Positions 52,660 to 64,000 of a stretch of 64,000 nt of DNA are shown here, one piece after another. The notes under the pieces are model-generated. The model ran no database searches. It saw nothing but the letters and a program-made list of their open reading frames with translations, and was not told the origin of the DNA. Position 1 is the stretch's first letter; the number at the start of each line of letters is the position of its first letter. The position numbers were made by a program, and so were the translations under genes. Where the stretch lies: the NCBI RefSeq assembly GCF_006345805.1, contig NC_043008.1, forward strand, positions 12,090,001 through 12,154,000, written 5' to 3'. The DNA is from Octopus sinensis (taxonomy: Eukaryota).

Positions 52660-53473
52660 TTACACATGTGTACCTTTGTGTCTGTGTTTGTCCCCCACCC
52701 CCTCACCCTTGTCACTGCTTGATAACCGGTGTTGGTTTGTTTACATGACCCTGACTTAGCAGTTCAGCAAAGGACACCGATAGAATAAGTACTAGGCTTT
52801 AAAAAATCACATCCTAGAGTTAATTTTCCTCAACTAAAATACCCTCCAATGCAAGTATACTCCAGCATGGCCACAGTCAAATGTCCGAAACAAGCGAAAG
52901 AATAAAAGAATACAAGAATAAAAGAATTAAAGTTTGGTTTAGTTGGTTCCTAGTCGTACTCAGATACAGTCATTATGCTGAGTTTCTATTATTAAACATT
53001 TTCCTCTCTCGTCTCGCAGAAGCTAAACCACATTTAATCTATATTTTATCTTTTCTGACAAAATAGCATTCCTATTCATTAAACTGTGTGGTAAATTACA
53101 CTTAATGATTATCTAAATAACATCTGCTTAAGTAATTGATTAAAAATATATACATATAATATAAATAATATATATATATATGCATATATGTATATATTAT
53201 ATATTATAATATAAATATATATATATATATATAATGCATATATATATATTATATATTATAATAGAAATAATATATATATATATACATATATATAATATAA
53301 ATAATATATATATAATGCATATATATATTACATATTATAATAGAAATAATATATATATATATATATATATTAATATGCTGAACAATTTTCAATGGAGAAC
53401 TCTTACTTCTCAGTTCTTGGATATAGTTAAACACTCTTTTGTTAGCATGTAACGATGTGTATGCTTGTGCATA

Positions 53474-53504
<31 letters not shown>

Positions 53505-53789
53505 GCTGGGAGTGTGTCATTTTTATGTACAACTAATGAAGTCGAAGAATATGGAACATTTTTCTGATGGAATGTTTATGCCACTATTTACTTATACGGG
53601 CATGGCTGTATGGTAAGAAGTTTGCTACCGAACCACATAATTCCAGGTTCAAGTCCCTCTGTGATTCCTTGGGCAAGTGTCTTCTGTTTTAGGCCCAGGC
53701 CAACAGAGGGGAAAGGTGTACAAGAAAGAGGACAGAAACAGGTGTGCTGATGTAAAGGGGATACTTGGTTACTTAGCCAGAGAGAAAAG

Positions 53790-54060
53790 CAAGAGAAATG
53801 GATTAGTGGTTAGGGGTCATTGGCTGATGATCGTAAGGCCATGTGTTTAATTTCTGGCAGCCTGTTATGTCTTTGAGCAAGACACTTCATTTTACATTGC
53901 CTCAGTCCGCTCAGTTGGCTAAGATGAGTAGTATCTGTATTTTGCAGCATGCTGAAAAACTTAAAAACTACTTTAAGGGTACCTGTGTCTGTGGAGTGCT
54001 CAACCACTTGCATGTTAATTTAACAAGCAGGTTCTTCTACTGCTCAGATCAACCCTCATT
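53790..54060 (+). mobile_element. Additional tRNA-derived SINE family, diverged
   Basis: tRNA-like head then tctttgagcaagacacttcattt core. Reverse copy at 62950-63250, head fragment at 21385-21470. Confidence 0.65.
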
Positions 54061-54724
54061 GCCGTAATTGCCTTAAAATTGTCAGCAGCCAGCCATAGGA
54101 CTCGTTCTCACATCCTTTTGATTACCGGTAATCAAAGGGTTGTGTGTTGAAGTCTCATATTTAAAAGTATTTATGAAAGTTACTCAATACAGTTTTAAAG
54201 TATAAAGGGGATTAAAAAACAAAATCTTAAAAAAATGTTATAAAATCTTTTATTAGGATGTTATTAACCTTGTTTTGAGAAATTTTTTCTATATATGTAT
54301 ACATACATATATATACTCTCTTTACTCTTTTACTTGTTTCAGTCATTTGACTGTGGCTGGAACACCGCCTTTAGTTGAGCAAATCGACCCCAGGACTTAT
54401 TCTTTTAAGATTAGTACTTATTCTAGCGGTCTCTTTTACCGAACCGCTAAGTTATGGGGATGTAAACACACCAGCATCGGTTGTCAAGTGATGTTGGGGG
54501 GACAAACACAGACACACAAACATATACACACATGTACATATGTATATACACACATACATATATATGACGGGCTTCTTTCAGTTTCCGTCTACCAAATCCA
54601 CTCACAAGGCTTTGGTCTGCTCGAGGCTATAGTAGAAGACACTTGCCCAAGGTGCCATGAAGTGTGACTGAACCCAGAACCAGGTGGTTGGTAAGGAAGC
54701 TTCTTACCACACAGCCACTCCTAC

Positions 54725-54803
<79 letters not shown>

Positions 54804-55475
54804 CACATACACACATGTATATATATATGTACATATATATTCATATGTGTATGTATATATATTTGTGTGTGTCTGTGTGTGTGTGTGTGTCTGTGCAATG
54901 TATTCATGAGTGACTGCATGCATATGTGTGCATGCACACGCTTGCATTTAATGAAGAATTCTTTTCAACATTGAACTAGAAATGGTTCTGTGCATGTGTT
55001 TCATATTTGCATTATTCTCCTTTTTTTTTTTAAGTGTCTGTTTAGTATCCAAGTTAAGTAATTGATTTCCAAAAAGAAAACCAAAAACCCAAAAAAACAA
55101 AACAACAAAACATACAAAACAAGTAACTAAAAACAAAAAAAAAAAGACAAACGTTACTTTCTGTCTCTTCTGATACAAATTCTTCACTGAAGCCTGTCTA
55201 ACAGGATGACAAACTTCATTGTAAATTACTGTGAATTTCCTCTTTGACGCTTTCCCTTTAATTGATGGAGAGTTTCTAGATTTCTCTTTGACACTTATTC
55301 CACATTTACCAACGCTGCTGCTAAGAGTGTTCTTTGTTTCACCTCCTTTCGAATGACATCAAAAATAGTTTATTGTTCTCTGCAAATGTGACAAGTTGGT
55401 TCTCTTGCAAAATTGCCAGTAAATTTGTTTATGGTGAAACTCAGTTGTCTATCGTACACCATGAACCAGTTGTCT

Positions 55476-55570
<95 letters not shown>

Positions 55571-55594
55571 TTATATATATATATATATACATAC

Positions 55595-55627
<33 letters not shown>

Positions 55628-55643
55628 AATTAATATATATATA

Positions 55644-55702
<59 letters not shown>

Positions 55703-55705
<3 letters not shown>

Positions 55706-55898
55706 CTGCGTGTGTACCGTTGGCGATTTTTTTCCTCTGTCTTCCCTTCTCTGGATCTTTCCTTCTCCTATGTTTCCGACGAAGAGCTCCGCTCGAAACT
55801 TTACACCCGCCTTCTTCCCTTCCTTCCTGAGCATCCAATAATACTATATTTGTTCCACGTCCTCGTGTTGTTGTGTTTTTTTGTGCTTTCATGTTTGG
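55703..55898 (+). mobile_element. Hammerhead-like short repeat, family B (related to A)
   Basis: gttt-CCGACGA-a-gagc-tcc-gctc-GAAA-cttt at about 55772-55802. The downstream ttcctgagc..aatac is shared with family A. (TA)n flanks. Confidence 0.65.
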
Positions 55899-56488
55899 AT
55901 TAACTTTATATATATATATATTATATATATATATATACTCTTTTACTTGTTTCAGTCATTTGACTGCAGCCATGCTGGAGCACTACCTTTGGTTGAGCAA
56001 ATGCACATGTGTGTGCATGTGCGTGTTGCTGTGCATGCGAGTGTACTTGTGTGTGTATGTGTGTATGTGTGTGTATATGTGTGTGTATGTGTGTTGCTGT
56101 GCATGTGTGTGTATGTGTATGGCTGGATGCTAGTAAGTGCATATCAGAAAACTGTATTGGTTTACTGAAATATATCTGAACAGCTGTTCCGTAAAATGTT
56201 TGCTAACTTTATCATGCAAATGCTACAAAATATATTAGTTCAATGTATGCATGTGTCTGGCCATGGGAAATATTACCTTGTAAATAGGTGAAGGTCGGTG
56301 ACAGGAAAGGCTTCCAGCCATAGAAAATCTGCCTCAACAAATTCTGTCTGACCCATACCAGCATAGAACAGTGGTCATTAAATGATGATGATGAAGGCAT
56401 CTATTTAGTTCTCAATCAGTTTTTAATCTATGGACTTCATATCATTGCAATTCTGTTTTGGTTGATAACTGCCCCCTACCATATCCAT

Positions 56489-56871
56489 TTAACCCTTTCG
56501 TTACTGTATTTATTTTGAGATGCTCTGTGTTTCTTTCAATTACTTTAAATATAACAAAGTATTTAGTAAAATAACTTAGTTATCATTCAGCTAGTGTTAG
56601 GAACATAGATTGTGACTAAGGTTTGGTGGAAGATTTTAATTCAAAACTTATGCGAACAAGAGAGTCAAGACTATTGAAAAGGTTGCAAGATACAACGAAA
56701 ATTTTAGGAAAATAAAAATAAGAAATAAGTGGAGATTTTATTGGTGAGTGTGTTAAATTATAAGGCACAAAAAGAAAATGACTCTCCCCAGACACAACAG
56801 AATATGAAAACAAGACATTTGTTTTACAGAGTCAGAGCTGGTTTCAGCTGGGTTGGTAATGAAAGGATTAA
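56489..56871. mobile_element. piggyBac-type MITE (TTAA|CCCTTT ends) with a 141-bp insertion
   Basis: ttaaccctttcgttac ... gtaatgaaaggattaa. A related half element lies at 63255-63425. Confidence 0.8.
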
Positions 56872-57769
56872 TGTTTAAAAACTAGCTTTACAGATATTTC
56901 TTTTAAGTTCTTGTATTGTTTTACACACATTAACCTGTGTAGGTTGAACTATGTAAAATGTCAGAGAAAGAAACCAAGCTGTTTTTTCCAATAAAGACAT
57001 CAAAAGCAAAATTTTTCGTAAAATCTTAAAATATTTCTGTGAAACCCCAATTTACAATTTTTACTATTTACTATTTTGGACCCCTAAAAATCTTACACGG
57101 ACCCACCACAGATCATACAGAACCACTGATCTACACCTTAAAAAGGATGCAATTAAGTCACTGAATCATCGTCCTCATCATCATCATCATCTTCATCTTT
57201 GTTTTACGTCCATTTTCACTGCTAGCATGGGTTGGACATTTCTTAACTGGAGTTGACCAGCCAAAGAGCTGTCCAAACTCTAATTACCTGTTTTGGCATG
57301 GTTTCTGTGGCTGAAATGCACACCTGAGAGCATATGGTGACAAAGATGGTTGGAGTGGCTTTGATTTCAGAGATGAAGACAGAGGAAGGCATTAATGTTG
57401 ATAGCCGTAATACCAACCATGGATGTAACGGCGATACAATGGAGATATAATAATTAAGATAATACTGATAAGTTTGTAGAATTCTTTAGTAGTATCTAAA
57501 TTATCATGTTTATTATCTACAACTTGCCATCTTAAAAAAAAAAAAAAAATTAAAGATAATTTGGTTGAAAATAAAATTGTTATTAAAAACTAAAAATAAA
57601 CAAATGTCGGTTTTAATGAAGCTAAATTTTTCTTAACAGACTCATTTATAAGTATTATTTTGAAGTATTTTCGACTATAACTTTAATCTGTTAAATAGAG
57701 TTTTTTTTTATTGTGTAACCTTGTTCAGTCGGAAGGTTATCACCTTAAGAGTTATTTATTTCTGTATGT

Positions 57770-58245
57770 GACTGTGTGTGTGTGTGTGTGTGTGCGTGGT
57801 GTGTGTGCATGTGTGTGTATGTGTGTGTATGTGTGTATGTGTGTGAGTGTGTGTGTGAGTGTGTGTATGTGTGTATGTGTGTGTGTATGTGTATGTGTGT
57901 ATGTGTGTGTGTGTATGTGTGAGTGTGTGTGTGTGAGTGTGTGTGTGTGTGAGAGTATGTGTGTGTGAGTGTGTGTGTGTGAGTGTGTGAGTGTGTGTGT
58001 GTATGTCTGTGTGTGTATGTGTGTGTATGTGTGTGTGTGAGTGTGTGTGCGAGTGTGTGTGTGTATGTGTGTGTATATGTGTGTGTGTATGTGCGTGTGT
58101 GTGTGTGTGTGTGAGTGTGTGAGTCTGTGTGTGTATGTGTATGTATGTGTATGCGTGTGAGTGTGTGTGTATGTGTGTGAGTGTGTGTGTGTATGTGTGT
58201 ATATGTGTGAGTGTGTGTGTATGTGTGTGTGTGTGTGTGTGTGTG
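57770..58245. repeat. Degenerate (TG)n tract
   Basis: Directly visible. Confidence 0.96.
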
Positions 58246-59440
58246 TTCCTAATATCGCCATAAACAACTTACAAGAGCTTCCATCCAGTTGTGTGATACC
58301 AGCTTGATTAGTTTCGGTACTTATCTTGTTTCGATGTCGGCATTGATTTTTTTTTACCACCGTCTTTGTGTTTGTTTTATGTTTTTGTTGGTTTTTTTTT
58401 TTCCTTTTTTAGCTTTTTTTTTTTTTCGTCCTCTGATCATTTACTTCCTTCTTGAATAATCTAAAATGTTATTCAGCCGCTTGTAATTTCACTTAATTTA
58501 TTATTAACAGCGTTAATGTTTCTGTTATCAACGGTTATGTTATGTAATCACCGATGATATTAGAAATAGTGGGGGGGGGGAGGAAAAAGAGAAACCACAA
58601 TTACCATAGCAAGGAAAAGAACACAACAAACATTACCTTTTATCGCAGTTTATTTCTTCTCTCTCTTGATGTTAGTTTTAACGAACTTGTCAAGAGAGAT
58701 CGTTTAGATTTCCTTTCGCTTTTGATGTTCACTTAACTCGTAAATGGTTTTAACTTTATCATTTTGTTATCATTTGCTAATTTTTCCTGTTATATCTATA
58801 GATTTCTTCTATTTTCTTTGGAGTTTTTGGTTTAGCTAAGGTAGAGAAGGCATTCTCTCTTTACCTTTCTCTCTCCTTTGTCGTTCCTTCTTATTTATAT
58901 TTTTTTTCAATTAAAGGCTGGTTTACTTTATTGGCAGAAACTGTGGTGAAGTTATCTCTAAAATTAGAAGAGACAATAATATCGCTATATATTTGTTGTT
59001 GTATTTGATTACAGACATTAATAAGTCTCCATTTCTGTAAGCAATTCCTGTGATCGTCAAAAGATACCGATGTTGTTCAGGGACAGGGAGATAAAACACA
59101 GAGCATCTTCTTTCCAAAGAAGTTTTTCCAATGTGACAAACAAGACTGTATATTATTTTTGCAACCGAAAACTATGTCACAAGAAAACATTAAATTTAGT
59201 CAATATTTGCACAGAATGCGGAGAACCAGACAAACATTACTTTTCTTTCGGTAATGACATAAGCCTAAACCGTTCTTACACCGTGTTCTCATTTTTAAAT
59301 TACATTAGCAATTTTACATTAATTTGATTTCCTAATGATATGAAATGCTAAAGTACTACAACGTAGGGCATTTATGATTGATTGGTTAACCATGCATCCC
59401 CTCCACAGCAACACATCTGTATCTGTCCTCCTGCCATGCC

Positions 59441-59661
59441 TTAACCCTTTAGTGTTCACATTATTCTGCCAAAATTAATGCTTTTTCATCCACATTGTTT
59501 TGAACTAATCCTGCATTATCTTGTAGCTATGAGATTCTGATGAGGTAGCTGTTAATTTTTAAAACGATATTGTAGGGTTGGTGTGAGAGACCAATCTGGC
59601 CAGTTTGAACATAAAACAGGCAGAATACTTTTGGCCGGATATGTCCAGTTTAAATGCTTAA
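59441..59661. mobile_element. Second piggyBac-type MITE family, right TIR partly deleted
   Basis: ttaaccctttt start, ...ccagtttaaatgcttaa end. Related copies at 63436-63630 and 23431-23495. Confidence 0.7.
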
Positions 59662-59664
59662 CAT

Positions 59665-59940
59665 CTCAAAGAAGAAGTTTCGTGGGAATATTGAATTCAC
59701 AAGCGGTCCCCGATATCCTGCATGCATATCCCGAGTGACAGGATGCCCTGTTTGCCATGGAGTCTCCACAGACGCAGGGACAGAATGACCTCAAAGCTGC
59801 CGGTTGCTGATCAAAAGCCTCTTGGAGTTTTCACCTGAGCCCCATTGGCCAGGCTGTGGTCCTAATACCGCTTGGTGCCAGACCAATCCGCCTTGGGTGG
59901 CCCTAACAGGAACCAAAGTTCCTGACGGCATAGCTCTGAC
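59665..59940 (-). mobile_element. RTE-like 5' UTR and ORF start, truncated by the MITE
   Basis: agagctatgccgtcaggaactttggttcctgttagggccaccc resembles RTE 5' UTR. ATG at 59758 (MANRASCHSGYACRIS...). Confidence 0.5.
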
Positions 59941-61000
59941 ACTGCCCGTTTACACCACCATACCACTTTGAGAAGGGGTTGAACTTTAGGGATGGACCAG
60001 AGAAGAAGCTGGCTCAACCCGCCCTGAGTGAACGCCATCACATGTACAAGAACAAGTCTCAACATCTAGTACCAAGCCATTTTCTTCAATTCTACATCAC
60101 CATTCTCTTGCAAATTACCTGGTGACTTCACCAGTGCTTGGTGCCATGAAAAAATGCACCTAGTGAACTCTAAGTTGTTGGCATTAGGAAGGACATGCAG
60201 TCTTAGAAACCTTGCCAAAATAGACATTAGAGACCAACACAGCTTTCTGGTTGGTCAGATCTCGAAACTTCCTTCCCATTTTAGCATGGAATACAGACAT
60301 TAAAGGATGATAGTGATGAGGAGGAGGATGGTCTGCTTTGAGTTCTAAAGAATTATTTTGCACCAATCTATCCAAGGCTGCATAGTAGTCAAACTACTTT
60401 TTATGCCCTTCCTACTGGGAACCACTCAACCTTGAAATAGAAGCAGAGCAAGTTTAGGAGCAGAATTTGTTTTCTTCTTCATTCAAGCAGTTTGGAACAA
60501 GCCATTATCTATTTTGCTTGAAGATACAACATAATGACAATGGTAAAAATTTTAGTTAAAATCAGGAAGAAATTATGAATCCATTTTTACTGAGTTGGAA
60601 GAAATGCCGCCAAACCCTTAATTTGATGTGGTAATGATTCTTCTTGGTCATGTCTTTGGCTTATTTTGAATAATTAATCCAAATTATTATTTCAGCTAAA
60701 ATTTCTGACAATGTGGACAAAACACAAGAGATTGCTAACATTTGTCAGACAACAAATTTATATTAGTTTCAAATTTTGGCACAAGGCCAGCAAGTTCTGC
60801 TTAGTGGGTGGGGAGGGGGCAAGTTGATTACATCAACCCCAGTATTCAACTGGTACTTATTTTATCAATGTTGAAAGGATGAAAGGCAAAGTCAACCTCA
60901 GCAGAATTTGAACTCAGAACGTAAAGATGGACAAAATGCTGAAAAGCGTTTGGTCCAGTCTGCTAATGATTTGGCCAGCTTGCTGCCTTTATCAAGCATC

Positions 61001-61032
<32 letters not shown>

Positions 61033-64000
61033 TTAATATCCGCTTTCCATGCTGGCATGGGTTGGATGGTTTGACTGAGGGTTGACGAACCAGAAGGCTG
61101 CACCAGGCTCCAGTCTTATCTGGCAATTTTTCTACAGCTGGATGCCCTTCCTAACGCCAACCACTCCGTGAGTGTTGTGGGTGCTTTTTACATGCCACTG
61201 GCATGAGGGGACAGTCAGGCAGTACTGACATCAGCTATGCTTGAATGGTGCTTTTTATGTACCACCAGCATGGGCCAGTTAGGCAGTACTGACATTGGCC
61301 ATGCTCCAATGGTACTTTTTACATGCCACTGGCACAAGGGCCAATCAGGCAGTACTGGCGTTGGCCATGCTCGAATGGTGCTTTTTACGTGCCACTGGTA
61401 TGAGGTCCAGTCTGGCAGCACTGACATGAACCACACTCGAATGGTGCTGTTTACGTGCCACCAGCATGGGTGCCAATAACTTCACTTGCCTCAACGACTT
61501 CCCTTGCCTCAACAATATTGGTTTCGAATTTTGGCACAAGACCAGCTATTGTAGACGAGGCTGCAAGTCGATTACATCAACCCCAGTATGCCACTGGTAC
61601 TTAATTTATCAACATCGAAAAGATGAAAAGCAATGTCAACCTCAAGATAAAGACGGACGAAATGCCATTAAGCATTTTACCAAATGTGTTAGCACTTCTG
61701 CCAGTTTGTTGCTTTGAAAGAATAATCAGAATGGTGAAAGGTTAATTCCTTTTATGCATCTAAATTTGGAAGTTTTGTTTTATTTCCACGAAGACAAAAC
61801 TGTAAAAAGCAAAAAAAAATTTATATTGGTTCCATGTAAAATTGTAAAAGACTGACATCAATGGTTGAGCAAATTTTTCTGTTATACGTCCATATATTTT
61901 TGCCTGAAAGCACAAGAATGATGGATGGCATCGTTTACACTGAATGACTGACACAATGATAAACTAGATGCAGATAGATTTTTATGATTGCTTCGTATTC
62001 TGAGTTCGAAATCTCTTGGGTTTTGGTAAGAAATTGTCAGGAAGTTATTGGAAGTTAGATTGAAAAGTTTGGCTAAATTCAGAATACTCTTTACTCTTTT
62101 ACTCTTTTACTTGTTTCAGTCATTTGACTGCGGCCATGCTGGAGCACTGCCTTTAGTCGAGCAAATTGCCCCCCAGGACTTATTCTTTGTAAAACCCGGT
62201 ACTTATTATATCGGTCTCTTTTGCCGAACCGCTAAGTGACGGTGACGTAAACTCACCAGCATTGGTTGTCAAGCAATGCTAGGGGGACAAACACAGACAC
62301 ACAAACATGCACACATATATATATATATATCATCATCATCATCATCATCATCGTTTAACGTCCGTTTTCCACGCTAGCACGGGTTGGACGGTATATATAC
62401 ATATATACGATGGGCTTCTTTTAGTTTCCGTCTACCAAATCCACTCACAAGGCTTTGGTCAGCCCGAGGCTATAGTAGAAGACACTTCCCCAAGATGCCA
62501 CGCAGTGGGACTGAACCCGGAACCATGTGGTTGGTAAGCAAGCTACTTATCACACAGCCACTCCTGCGCCTATTTAACGTCTTAGAAATATTTTTTGCAA
62601 ATATTCTTTTGCCTTACATTTATCGATGCCATAGGTTAGGTTTGATAGATTAATTCTCACTTCACTGATTAAATTTTTGTTGGTGATGTAACATGCTAAT
62701 CATATGCAAATCAGTTCTTAAAACCCCTTTCTGTTGGCCTGTATAAAGTAAACATGCGTACTACATCATATAAAATGTAGAGAATTATGGAAAGTACCCC
62801 ACAATAAAAAAATTAGTTTAATCAGTTCCTGTTTCTCAAATGCACAAGGACAGAACCAAATATATTTGATTCCCAAACGGTAAGAGTTCACCCTTATGTT
62901 ACCAATCAGGTGAAAACTGCTCCTGGTTCCATTATAAAACCTTCTTCTTTTAAAGTGACTCTCCATCAGTTACTACAATGAGGGTTCCAATTGATCTGAT
63001 CAACAGAACAGCCTTCTCATGTGGCTGAGTATTCCTCAGACACATGAAGTTCTTGGGGAGATTCGGTGTGACATAGAATGTGACAAGGCTAACCTTTTGA
63101 ATTGCAGGTAAAACTCATTTTTACCAGCTGAGTAGACTGGAGCGACATGAAATAAAGTGTCTTGCTCAAGGACACATGTTGCCGGGAAATTGAACTCATG
63201 ACCTTACAAACACGAGCTGAATGCCTTAACCTCTATGCCACACACATTCACAGTTTTAAAGTAATCTCAATTAAAACCTTCCTTTAAAATTTCATGTTCC
63301 TATTATGTTCCAAACATCTGGTTTATCCTGACAAGGTAACTTTACTAAATTCTTCATTCTCTTCGAAATCGGTTGAAACAAGGGCTGTGCATTTCAACAG
63401 AAAGATCATAACAAAAGGGTTGATTTAAATTAACATTAATCCCTTTGGCTTTCAGATTATTCTGTCAACTATAATGCTTATTTATTCGAATTAGTTGGAA
63501 TCAGTCCAGTAGTGTCATGCTGCTTCAAGATTTCAATGATGAGAGCATGTATTTTTAGAATGACATTGTGTGGTAGGTGTGAGAGGCCAAATCTGGTCAG
63601 TTTGAACATAAAAGAAGTGGAATATTTGGGCAGAATCGTTAGTACGCCGGGCGAAATGCTTAGCGGTATTTCATCTGCTGCTATCTCTGAGTTCAAATTC
63701 TGCCGAGGTCGACTTTGCCTTTCATACTTTCGGGGTCGATTAAATAAGTACCAGTTACGCATTGGGGTCGATATAATTTACTTAATTCGTTTGTCTGTCA
63801 TTGTTTGTCCCCCCTGTGTGTAGCCCCTTGTGGGTAGTAAAAAAATAATATGGCCTGTTTAAATACTAAAGTATTGAAGTAGCACTGGTTCATATCTATC
63901 TATCGATCTATCTGTCTGTCTGTCCATCCATCCATCCGTTCATTCGTCCCTCTGTCTGTCTGTCTGTCTATCTGCCTGTCTGCCTGTCTGCCTGTCTGCC

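Noticed and set aside
59015-59327. 22-nt plus micro-exon candidate and the 85-aa ORF with CTEC
   Set aside because: Poor pyrimidine tract, a single CxxC, and no recognisable domain.
62826-62879. 54-nt plus exon candidate
   Set aside because: The acceptor lacks a pyrimidine tract.

Overview
AT-rich, extremely microsatellite-dense animal DNA. The SINE families, MITEs and simple-repeat load look like octopus (coleoid cephalopod) non-coding sequence; this is recognition, not a search result. There is no complete protein-coding gene, rRNA, true tRNA gene or CRISPR, and almost every ORF in the supplied track is a translated microsatellite. The window holds three interspersed SINE-like families (CORE-type tRNA SINE, Meta-type tRNA SINE, and a VNTR-headed element with a (GAT)n tail), decayed LINE fragments (RTE, CR1/L2-group, HERO-like), a dead maT/mariner transposase and several MITEs. 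One probable coding exon and candidate micro-exons lie on the minus strand, so most of the window may be giant intron. Best leads: (1) several short repeats carrying Penelope-type minimal hammerhead ribozyme folds, including a 5-copy family with a non-canonical CUGUCGA core and one repeat with an apparently permuted hammerhead; (2) two LINE/non-autonomous-partner pairs whose shared 3' hairpins are visible in the window, one with compensatory changes; (3) an SVA-like VNTR retroposon with a pure 36 x 26 bp expansion; (4) a textbook recursive-splice-site motif at 34458/34459. All folds and alignments were done by eye and element boundaries are approximate.
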